The position numbers were made by a program, and so were the translations under genes. Below are positions 18,301 through 24,898 of a DNA stretch of 32,383 bases, piece after piece. Origin of the DNA: Chloracidobacterium sp. (lineage in GTDB: Bacteria > Acidobacteriota > Blastocatellia > Pyrinomonadales > Pyrinomonadaceae). The stretch lies in assembly GCA_043757775.1 (NCBI GenBank), contig JAYVOS010000074.1:1-32383 (forward strand). The letters are read 5' to 3'. The notes under the pieces were generated by a model that worked only from the letters and a program-made list of their open reading frames with translations, was not told the origin of the DNA and made no database searches. How positions within the stretch are numbered: the first letter of the stretch is position 1; every line of letters begins with the position of its first letter.

Positions 18301-19149
18301 TTCCTCGCCGCCGCTCTTTCTGGCGGGGCTGTGTCGAAAGCTGTTTTGGACACGCAGTTGGCAGGCAGCCTAAGAACGCCGGGTGCGATCACACCTTTTG
18401 GTTCGGTTAACGCCCAACTCTCAGATGGCAATTCAAGCTATAACGCAATGAATCTTGAATTCAAACGGCGTTTTTCGAATAATTTCACATTCCTTGCCAG
18501 CTACACTTGGTCACACTCGATCGATGATTCGTCCGACCTGCAGACCCTGCTGATTGCACAGGATGTAAATAACTTTAAGGCTGAAAAATCCAATTCATTA
18601 TTTGACCAACGGCATCGTTTTGTTTTCAGCGGATTGATGACATCACCGACGAGATGGAGAGACGGTAGCACTTGGCAAAAGATATTGTCCAATTTCACTG
18701 TTGCACCGATCCTCGAGCTCTCGTCAGGACGTCCATTTAACATCATCACTAATGTTGATGCGAATAACGACCAAACGGCACAGACAGACAGACCAAGTGT
18801 TGGCACAAACGGAACTCTTTGTGTTCCGGGAACAGCAGGCTGTACGGCACTGATCACTAATGGTGTATTTTCCAGCGGCAATCTGGGACGCAATATGGGA
18901 ATAACCCACGGATATGCATCGCTTGATATGCGTCTTTCACGTGCAATCAATTTTGGTGAAAGATTCCGCATTGACCTGATCGCTGAGGGCTTTAACCTCT
19001 TTAATCGGTTCAATGAGGGTTCGGCAACTCCGTTTTCGGCTGATGTGAATACATTCGGTCAGCGTGCAAGCAACGGACATTATTACAGCCGCCCGACCGC
19101 TGCATACGATTCACGTCAGTTCCAGTTCGGAGCAAAATTCAGCTTCTAA
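15376..19149 (+). CDS. TonB-dependent outer-membrane receptor with an N-terminal carboxypeptidase-regulatory-like domain
   Basis: AAGGAG lies 7 nt upstream of ATG 15376, followed by the signal peptide MRVFSSKISTILLAIVATAFMALSVMG. The CarboxypepD_reg part reads LSGTVIDPTGAVVAGATVHAKG...GNYQFISLPPGEYEI. A plug region follows (VNVTGDDVQLVETT), and the C-terminal residue is aromatic (...GAKFSF). Confidence 0.9.
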   Translation: MRVFSSKISTILLAIVATAFMALSVMGQSQSAAADLSGTVIDPTGAVVAGATVHAKGIGNGITRTVTSNAEGNYQFISLPPGEYEISAEAATFKKVVISPVRLTVGQSADLTIKLEIGAANVVVNVTGDDVQLVETTRSTVSNTIDQERINNLPINERSATGFALTLSTVGRDNGRPIGPAPTSGLNIGGQRGRSTQVNVDGADFTDNSINASRTTVSMEAVQEYQVATNSYTAEFGRATGGVVNVVTKRGTNDFRGNVFGFIRDKSIQARNAFSPVANPAFRRTQYGATLGGPIVKDKTHFFAAYEGRHRDESGFFTSNVVGNLTSSVTIGVIPGLNPTAQTFNNLTAAQASAINALITAGGAANICGARAYAFFASSGGQTALTGTNPLSSPNDGSGCPAISPIGPGAIGSRFILSSALVPTGTTNSAGQFIAFRPLNNLQKIFPVTDRSNFFTTRIDQNINANNQLNVRFGYNTGNVTGIQVESQNQSLGQNDFSRTGITNIKDTSFNVGLTTTLNSSMANDFRYSFGRRNTTFKSQNGDAVAFNISGTAFIGRELFSPVARVENRNQFVDSFNWVVGNHTLKFGGDLNFVKIPTAHFELNFAALFNFGDFAASNLNPAFAGLPAFTPVQSYGLGLPSTYVQGFGNPDSTIKNTPIAFFGQDSWRVTPRLTVNYGIRYDVELTQTIAPVGIKDPLTGITLSASDILAAQDAVGVQQGIPRDKNNWAPRLGFAYDIMGNGKTVIRGSFGLYYDHPLLAVAFNSDIADSSQQQQAVLTAGSPVPSNTNLLNAALVFHGTVCGNSGSNAALCAAFGSPTTPGVATTAQYQFGRQRFNDQTYTGFGAVLPFSLPIAKNFEYASATQANFSVERQLTKDMSLSATYIYVGAHHLPHPTDLNTPNTSLQIQNYQRYNGGASPTSTQQVATVSIASTAPGTATGVGCVVVIPGMVAQCPTGRVVNPAIANFFRPNAPNYFLAAALSGGAVSKAVLDTQLAGSLRTPGAITPFGSVNAQLSDGNSSYNAMNLEFKRRFSNNFTFLASYTWSHSIDDSSDLQTLLIAQDVNNFKAEKSNSLFDQRHRFVFSGLMTSPTRWRDGSTWQKILSNFTVAPILELSSGRPFNIITNVDANNDQTAQTDRPSVGTNGTLCVPGTAGCTALITNGVFSSGNLGRNMGITHGYASLDMRLSRAINFGERFRIDLIAEGFNLFNRFNEGSATPFSADVNTFGQRASNGHYYSRPTAAYDSRQFQFGAKFSF

Positions 19150-19173
19150 GCTCTGCTTAGAACATTCTCAAGA

Positions 19174-19206
19174 GCCGGATAGTTTTAATACTATCCGGCC
19201 TTTTTA
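19174..19206 (+). terminator. Rho-independent terminator after the TonB-dependent receptor gene
   Basis: GCCGGATAGT (19174-19183) pairs with ACTATCCGGC (19190-19199) and is followed by CTTTTTAT. Confidence 0.75.
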
Positions 19207-19240
19207 TGCTCTCAATCTTGTTTTGATAGATAATCTTTAT

Positions 19241-20176
19241 ATGCTTTCGTTTTTGGACAAGATCAAGCAAAAAGCTACTGAGATCGGCTTTGATAAATGC
19301 GGCATCGTCAGAGCTGTGTCGTTGAACGCCGAAGGCGAAAGGCTGGCTGAATGGTTAGACCTCGGTTATCAAGGTGAGATGGCATGGCTCACACGCGAAC
19401 CAGAAAAGCGAAGCGACCCGCGTTTGTTGTTTTCCAGTGCCAAGTCCGTCATCGTAGTCGCTCTCAACTACTACACCAAACATAAACACGATCAGTCATC
19501 CGACAAAGGTAAACTCTCCCGTTATGCCTGGGGCGACGATTATCATGATGTCGTTCGTGAGAAACTAAACGAACTACTTAGCTGGATCAAGTCCGAAGAC
19601 ACAACAGCAGACGGCAAGGTATGCGTCGATACAGCTCCGATGATGGACAAAGCCTGGGCAGTGCGGGCCGGACTCGGCTGGCTCGGCAAACATTCCAATG
19701 TCATCACCACCGATCTAGGCTCATGGGTATTTATCGGTGAGATCATTCTAAATATCGATCTCGACTATGAAACTCAGATCGTCGAAGATCATTGTGGCAC
19801 TTGTACGGCATGTCTTGACGCTTGTCCTACAAATGCGATCGTCGAACCGTATATCGTCGATTCCCGCAAATGTATCTCTTATGCAACCATCGAGCTTCGT
19901 GACGAGACGCTTCCGCCAGACATTGCCGAAAATCTCGAAGGCTGGATCTACGGTTGCGATATTTGTCAGGACGTTTGCCCTTGGAACCGTTTTGAAAAGC
20001 AGACGGCCGAATCGCGATTTGAGCCAAGACTGGGCGAAACTTCGCCCGACTTGAATTCTGTTGCCGCAATGTCTCATGACCAATACGTTGAGCGTTTTCG
20101 ACGCTCTGCGATCAAACGCACCAAACTAACCGGCCTGAAGCGAAATGCCGCCACTTTGCAGAAGCCCGCACGTTAG
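19241..20176 (+). CDS. queG: Epoxyqueuosine reductase
   Basis: MLSFLDKIKQKATEIGFDKCGI N-terminus. Two 4Fe-4S motifs are present (CGTCTACLDACPTNAI, CDICQDVCPWN). The longer ORF from 19064 overlaps the receptor gene and is rejected. Confidence 0.9.
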   Translation: MLSFLDKIKQKATEIGFDKCGIVRAVSLNAEGERLAEWLDLGYQGEMAWLTREPEKRSDPRLLFSSAKSVIVVALNYYTKHKHDQSSDKGKLSRYAWGDDYHDVVREKLNELLSWIKSEDTTADGKVCVDTAPMMDKAWAVRAGLGWLGKHSNVITTDLGSWVFIGEIILNIDLDYETQIVEDHCGTCTACLDACPTNAIVEPYIVDSRKCISYATIELRDETLPPDIAENLEGWIYGCDICQDVCPWNRFEKQTAESRFEPRLGETSPDLNSVAAMSHDQYVERFRRSAIKRTKLTGLKRNAATLQKPAR

Positions 20177-20209
20177 TAAGGGCATCCGGCGATGCGATAT
20201 GATTAGATC

Positions 20210-21199
20210 ATGCTCCGCGACGCACACAACCGTACGATCCGCGATCTGCGAATTTCGCTGACCGATAGGTGTAACTTTCGCTGCTTTTACTGTCTGCCAA
20301 ACGGTGAGCCGCCGCTAGCACGAAAGGAGACAATTCTTACATTCGAAGAGATCGCGTATCTCTCGGATATTTTCGTCTCGCTCGGCATCGAAAAGATACG
20401 GTTAACAGGAGGCGAGCCGCTCATTCGCAAAGACGTTCCCCTGCTTGTCCGCGAACTCTCGAAACTAAAGCCTGCATTACAAGACCTCGCCCTGACGACA
20501 AACGGCTTTGATTTCCCTCGTCACGCTGCGGCATTAAAAGATGCCGGACTCGACCGTGTAACACTCAGCCTCGACAGCCTAGACCGTGACAAATTTCTCG
20601 ACATTACCGGGGTCGATGCTCTGGACAAAGTTTATGAGGCGATAGACGCGGCAAAAGAATTTGGCTTTGATCCGGTAAAGATCAACGCCTGCATTGTTCG
20701 CGGCCGCAATGACGACGAGATGGTCGCATTCACCAAGTATGCCCGCGAGCACAATGTTGCGATGCGGTTTATCGAGTTTATGCCGCTCGACAGCGGCCAC
20801 GAATGGAGCCGGGAAATGGTTGTTCCGGGCCGCGAAATTCACGACACTATCAATACGATTTATCCACTCAAACTAAAAGAAACTTCACGCGGCAGCGAAA
20901 CGGCGTGGAAATATGAATTCGCCGATGGTGCTCCCGGCGAGATCGGCATCATCGCACCCGTCACGGAGATGTTTTGCGGAGCCTGCTCCCGCATCCGCCT
21001 AACCGCCGACGGCCAGATCCGCACCTGCCTCTTTTCAACCACCGAACACAATCTCCGCGACTTTGTCCGCAACGGTGCAGCGCGGGACGAGATCGTCGGC
21101 TTTATCGAAGATGTTGTAATGAAAAAAGAACCGCGTCATTACATCAACGACGCGGAGTTCGTGCCCGCAAGCCGGACAATGAGTTTTATTGGGGGTTAA
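20210..21199 (+). CDS. moaA: GTP 3',8-cyclase (molybdenum cofactor biosynthesis protein A)
   Basis: Radical-SAM CNFRCFYC, LTGGEPL, and a C-terminal CGACSRIRLTADGQIRTCLF cluster. 329 aa. Confidence 0.95.
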   Translation: MLRDAHNRTIRDLRISLTDRCNFRCFYCLPNGEPPLARKETILTFEEIAYLSDIFVSLGIEKIRLTGGEPLIRKDVPLLVRELSKLKPALQDLALTTNGFDFPRHAAALKDAGLDRVTLSLDSLDRDKFLDITGVDALDKVYEAIDAAKEFGFDPVKINACIVRGRNDDEMVAFTKYAREHNVAMRFIEFMPLDSGHEWSREMVVPGREIHDTINTIYPLKLKETSRGSETAWKYEFADGAPGEIGIIAPVTEMFCGACSRIRLTADGQIRTCLFSTTEHNLRDFVRNGAARDEIVGFIEDVVMKKEPRHYINDAEFVPASRTMSFIGG

Positions 21200-21200
21200 G

Positions 21201-21329
21201 TTAAGGTTTGAGTTCCATGGGCAAGAGACGGTTTCCATGAACTAAAGTGCCAACGATTATCTCGTCGCCAAAGATTCGGTAGATCGCATACGTGACCCTA
21301 AATTTTTTTATTAACCATGCAAACTGCCT
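21201..21329 (-). pseudogene. Start-less C-terminal stub of a RelE/ParE-superfamily toxin
   Basis: The minus-strand reading directly after the XRE stop, in the same frame, is RQFAWLIKKFRVTYAIYRIFGDEIIVGTLVHGNRLLPMELKP*. The xYxIxYRIxGDEIxIxxxxHGxR tail is the typical ParE/RelE C-terminus. There is no start codon and the N-terminal ~55 aa are absent. Confidence 0.55.
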
Positions 21330-21638
21330 TCACTTAGCGGCAGTTCTATTTTTCTCACCTAAACTCTTTTCATAACTTGGAATAATATTCGGCAGGTTAA
21401 GAGCATCATCAACTAATACTTCTAAATAAACATTTGCTAATTTGGCGTAGGCATAAAGCACCAATAAAGGTGGTTCACGCTCGCCGCGTTCATAACCCGA
21501 TATACTGCTTCTATTGATGCTGGAGTTTTGGCATCCAAGTTTGATCAATATCCCGTCTTGAGAAAGTCTCAGCGTTTCCCTGATCTGTCCAAGTTTCTCG
21601 GCCAATCTAGAAGACCTTTCCCGCGAAGCTCTGCCCAT
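21330..21638 (-). CDS. XRE-family helix-turn-helix transcriptional regulator
   Basis: HTH_3-type core LRLSQDGILIKLG...SSISGYERGEREPPLLVLYAYAKLANVYLEVLVDD. 102 aa, divergent from the SET gene. Confidence 0.8.
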   Translation of the reverse strand: MGRASRERSSRLAEKLGQIRETLRLSQDGILIKLGCQNSSINRSSISGYERGEREPPLLVLYAYAKLANVYLEVLVDDALNLPNIIPSYEKSLGEKNRTAAK

Positions 21639-21684
21639 AACAAAGTTTTAACCTTGTTATGAAATGCTTTCTTGTCTTCAATAG

Positions 21685-21713
21685 TTGAAATCAGCACTAT
21701 TTAGTGCTATGCT
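21685..21713 (+). promoter_or_regulatory. Candidate promoter of the SET operon with a palindromic operator in the spacer
   Basis: TTGAAA (21685-21690), a 17-nt spacer, then TATGCT (21708-21713). The perfect inverted repeat AGCACT-ATTT-AGTGCT (21693-21708) fills the spacer. Confidence 0.4.
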
Positions 21714-21829
21714 TCGCAGGAAAATGAAACCGTATGGCAGAGGAAATCAAGAAAATTCCCAAAACCCCAGTATTCGAACGATTGGGCATTCTGGGAACTG
21801 AGCGTTGAACGGTTTCACGCTGTAAATCA

Positions 21830-22354
21830 ATGCTCGTAGCCTTTAATCAACAGAATGTGTATTGCGGACGCAGCCCTCTGGGCTATGGATTCACGCATTT
21901 TGCTAAGAAACATTTAGAGAAGGGGCAGGTTGTGGTGAAGGGGTACGGAAGAGTAATTGACCATCAGACAGGTCATTTTTCGATCCAGATGGAATTCACA
22001 AGACACTTTCTCCCTACCAAGTGGACAGGCAGATATTGGAACCACTCATGCGAAGCAAACTGTTATGCGAGAACGAGAAAGGACGGCTTTCCTGAGTTGG
22101 TGGCTCTACGAAATATTCCACCGGGGGATGAGATCACCTATTCCTACTATATGACGGAATATCAATGGTGTCGGAGCGCTAAAGAAAATACCTTGCGTTG
22201 CTTATGTAAGACTGATGTATGTAACGGACAAATAATGTCGTTCTTTCAGCTACCGGAAGTGCAGAAGCGGGCGATTCTCGATCGAGGGACTCTTTCCGAT
22301 TATCTAAAGTCGTACTTTCCAGCTAAAGCAACAACGTCGTATAAGGAGATTTAA
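21830..22354 (+). CDS. SET-domain protein with post-SET zinc motif (putative protein-lysine N-methyltransferase)
   Basis: Motifs RYWNHSCEANC (NHSCxxN), GDEITYSYY (ELxxxY-type) and GYGFTHFAKKHLEKGQVV (N-SET GxG region), plus the post-SET CLCKTDVC (CxCx4C). Confidence 0.85.
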   Translation: MLVAFNQQNVYCGRSPLGYGFTHFAKKHLEKGQVVVKGYGRVIDHQTGHFSIQMEFTRHFLPTKWTGRYWNHSCEANCYARTRKDGFPELVALRNIPPGDEITYSYYMTEYQWCRSAKENTLRCLCKTDVCNGQIMSFFQLPEVQKRAILDRGTLSDYLKSYFPAKATTSYKEI

Positions 22355-22569
22355 AAATATGGAACGTGCGTTTGGGGCATTGTCTTTCAGTAAAGTGGAC
22401 GCTTCGACTAAACGCGGGGAATAAAGATGGAGATTTGGTCAAATACTGACTTGCCGTATCAGTGTCTGCTGGACGTCGAACCCACGACTTCCTTTCAAAC
22501 GGCTATTTGAGCCGTGGTCAAGAACGGCGTAATTCTCCCTGCACGTGAAAATTTTTGAGTGAATAAAAT

Positions 22570-22938
22570 ATGTCCGTCGAACAGCTAAAATTGCTCTGTA
22601 TCATTATCGGCATGACGCTCGTATCGGGATTTGCTGATTCTCAAGGGTTTATACACGCCGCCAAAATGTGGGAGAACGGTAGCATAGTCTGGACTGAGTT
22701 TCTTAAATCGGCCGTAGGTTTTGTGGTTGGGATTACAACATACTGGGTGGCCGTGAAGTATCTCGGTGAGTTTGGACTTCTCTCACCGGAGATACAAACA
22801 CTGATATGGTTCGGTGTAACAATGATCGGCGTTGCGCTGGTTAGTCGCAGGTTTTTTTCCTGGCAAACCATAGATCAAATAGTAGGCGCTGTGGTTTTTA
22901 TGGGAGTATGCTGGCTTCTATCCCGCACGGGAGCGTAA
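22570..22938 (+). CDS. Small integral membrane protein with 4 predicted TM helices, unknown function
   Basis: 122 aa with four hydrophobic ~20-aa segments. No family recognised. It lies between the SET and AdoMetDC genes on the same strand. Confidence 0.55.
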   Translation: MSVEQLKLLCIIIGMTLVSGFADSQGFIHAAKMWENGSIVWTEFLKSAVGFVVGITTYWVAVKYLGEFGLLSPEIQTLIWFGVTMIGVALVSRRFFSWQTIDQIVGAVVFMGVCWLLSRTGA

Positions 22939-23051
22939 CGCCCAATTTAATCCTCTCACCTCTTGGCAAATACAAGCACGATTTAGGGCTTCAGGCTTAA
23001 TCTAAAGAGTCTGACTTATGATGAGGAAATCCCGAGTTTTTCTAGAAGAAG

Positions 23052-23453
23052 ATGGCAACTAACCATTTCGGAGAGCATTTAACAATTGACGGCTACGGCG
23101 GTTCATACGCGAAGTTGGCGGACAACGAGATCGTTCTTAAATGTTTGAACGATCTTCCCGAACAACTCGGAATGAATATACTCGCCGAGGCCGTTGTTCA
23201 TTTTGCACCCGAAGGTGAAGGAAAAGACCCCGGCGGATGGAGCGGTTTTGTCATTGTCATGGAAAGCCACATCAGCATACATACATTTCCCGGCAGAGGC
23301 TTCGTAAGTGCCGACGTTTATACGTGTAAGAATGGGATGGACGTTGAGTTTATTCTTAAGTATTTCAAAGAAATATTCCTTCTCAACGATATTGAGTATC
23401 ATTTAATAATTCGGGGAACAAAATACCCGATAGCGAATATTGTCGATGTATAG
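23052..23453 (+). CDS. speH: S-adenosylmethionine decarboxylase proenzyme, small pyruvoyl-dependent (type 1) form
   Basis: FGEHLTIDGYG N-terminus, the self-cleavage/pyruvoyl motif VMESHISIHTFPG, then DVYTC. The 133-aa length matches Bacillus/Thermotoga-type AdoMetDC. Substrate specificity is unverified. Confidence 0.8.
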   Translation: MATNHFGEHLTIDGYGGSYAKLADNEIVLKCLNDLPEQLGMNILAEAVVHFAPEGEGKDPGGWSGFVIVMESHISIHTFPGRGFVSADVYTCKNGMDVEFILKYFKEIFLLNDIEYHLIIRGTKYPIANIVDV

Positions 23454-23693
23454 CTAAAGGGTACGAACCGACATATACTCTTTGAAATCATCGAGTGGTT
23501 CATCAAAGTCTGGAGCCATTGAAATCAGACCTTTGGCGCTGCCGAACCGCCGCTTGCGTTTTTTTTGGGTGCGCGGAACAAGCTGCACAGACAAATTGTC
23601 ATCCCGCGTGATAAAAATTTCTTCGCCTGCTGCTGCGGCATCTATAAGCCCGACTAAGTTTGTTTTTGCTTCATTAAGCGTAACTGTTTGCAT
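23454..23693 (-). CDS. Phd/YefM-family type II antitoxin (orphan)
   Basis: MQTVTLNEAKTNLVGLIDAAAAGEEIFITRDDNLSVQLVP is the classic Phd/YefM N-domain. The C-terminal tail is GSAKGLISMAPDFDEPLDDFKEYM. The start is taken at ATG 23693. No toxin ORF lies downstream, and its stop abuts the speH stop (TAG|CTA). Confidence 0.75.
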   Translation of the reverse strand: MQTVTLNEAKTNLVGLIDAAAAGEEIFITRDDNLSVQLVPRTQKKRKRRFGSAKGLISMAPDFDEPLDDFKEYMSVRTL

Positions 23694-23710
23694 ATATCTC
23701 ACCAAACTGC

Positions 23711-23737
23711 ATTATACGTCAAAACAAAAAATTGCAA
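23711..23737 (-). promoter_or_regulatory. Candidate promoter of the antitoxin gene
   Basis: On the minus strand, TTGCAA (23737-23732), a 15-nt spacer, then TATAAT (23716-23711), 18 nt upstream of ATG 23693. The spacer is short and ATTGCAAT is palindromic. Confidence 0.3.
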
Positions 23738-23756
23738 TGAAACATTTTCTAGACAG

Positions 23757-24893
23757 TTAGTTCTGCCTCCTCCCCGCCATATCCAGACCGACTGCCGCGA
23801 CTAGGATCGAGCCTTTGATGATGTCCTGCATAAAATCGCGGACGTTGAGCAGCGACATTCCGTTATCGAGGCTTGCCATTATTAATGCACCAAGACACGC
23901 GCCGAATATTGTGCCGCGTCCGCCCATAAGCGATGCTCCGCCGATGACGCATGCTGCGATGGCATCGAGTTCTTTTAAAACGCCGGCGTCCGGTGCGGCA
24001 CTACCGACACGGGCCGTGAAAATAAGAGAAGCAATACCCGTTAAGGCGCCGAGTAGAGCATAAACTTTAATGATGTTTCGTTTGTTATTGATACCGGAGA
24101 GCCGTGCGGCGTCGGCGTTGCCGCCGATAGCGTAAAGGTAGCGGCCAAATGTGGTCGAGTTGGTCAAAAACCCGCCGAGCAATGCGACCGCAAGCAATAT
24201 CAGCACCGGTATCGGCACACCCTGATATGAATTCATCACCCATATAAACGCGACGATGCCGCCGACGGGGATGATCGCTTTGAGCAGTTCATTGCCGTAA
24301 TTTGCCTCGCCGAGGCCGTAATCCTTAGCGACCCGCGCGTTGCGATAAGCCATAAATAAAACAAAAGCTATTGCCGCTGCTGCTAATATCCAGCCGACCG
24401 ACAGCGGCAGATTATTGTTGCCGATGGCCTTAAAAGTCTCATTAGATATCGGAATCGTGTTGCCGCCGAGCAGCCATTTCACCGCACCGCGCCAAGCAAG
24501 CAGTCCGCCTAGAGTTACGATAAATGCCGGGATATTAAGATAAGCCGTCAATGCTCCGTGAAATGTTCCGATAACGACACCTACCACGATCGCGGCAACT
24601 ATAGCCGTCGGCAGGCCGTATTCCATCACGGTCACAGCATAGGCCGTAATGCCGCCCGCAAACCCCAGCACCGAACCGACCGAGAGATCGATATTGCCGG
24701 ACACAATCACCATAAGCATACCCACCGCAATTATTGCTGTGACCGACATCTGCGTCATCAGGTTAGACAGGTTACGCGGCGTAAGAAATATACCGTCCGT
24801 CGCCCAGTGAAAATACACCCAGATCAACCCGAGGACGGCGATCATAATGTATGCCCGTAAACTGGCTTTGTTAATTTTTGTCTTTTCTTCCAT
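23757..24893 (-). CDS. xylH: Sugar ABC transporter permease, XylH-like
   Basis: Close by-eye resemblance to E. coli XylH along its length (NLSNLMTQ..., IDLSVGS, AIGGNADAARLSGIN, ELDAIAACVIGGASLMGG, MASLDNGMSL). Confidence 0.8.
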   Translation of the reverse strand: MEEKTKINKASLRAYIMIAVLGLIWVYFHWATDGIFLTPRNLSNLMTQMSVTAIIAVGMLMVIVSGNIDLSVGSVLGFAGGITAYAVTVMEYGLPTAIVAAIVVGVVIGTFHGALTAYLNIPAFIVTLGGLLAWRGAVKWLLGGNTIPISNETFKAIGNNNLPLSVGWILAAAAIAFVLFMAYRNARVAKDYGLGEANYGNELLKAIIPVGGIVAFIWVMNSYQGVPIPVLILLAVALLGGFLTNSTTFGRYLYAIGGNADAARLSGINNKRNIIKVYALLGALTGIASLIFTARVGSAAPDAGVLKELDAIAACVIGGASLMGGRGTIFGACLGALIMASLDNGMSLLNVRDFMQDIIKGSILVAAVGLDMAGRRQN

Positions 24894-24898
24894 TGTGG

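Noticed and set aside
18501-19013. A 170-aa antisense ORF lies inside the TonB-dependent receptor gene. Similar ORFs lie inside acs (27959..28447, 28357..28824) and xylG (25110..25676).
   Set aside because: These are shadow ORFs with no motifs, and the host genes are unambiguous.
21734-21829. ATG 21734 opens a reading (MAEEIKKIPKTPVFERLGILGTER) in the same frame as the SET gene, interrupted by TGA 21806-21808. This could indicate a 5'-truncated or readthrough SET gene.
   Set aside because: The SET domain's N-terminal GxG region begins well inside ORF 21830..22354, so no extension is needed. No selenocysteine or readthrough signal is evident, so it is probably a leader sORF or chance.
22470-22495. 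GGACGTCGAACCCACGAC contains a GGTTCGA T-loop-like string on the minus strand.
   Set aside because: No cloverleaf can be built around it because the stems do not pair.
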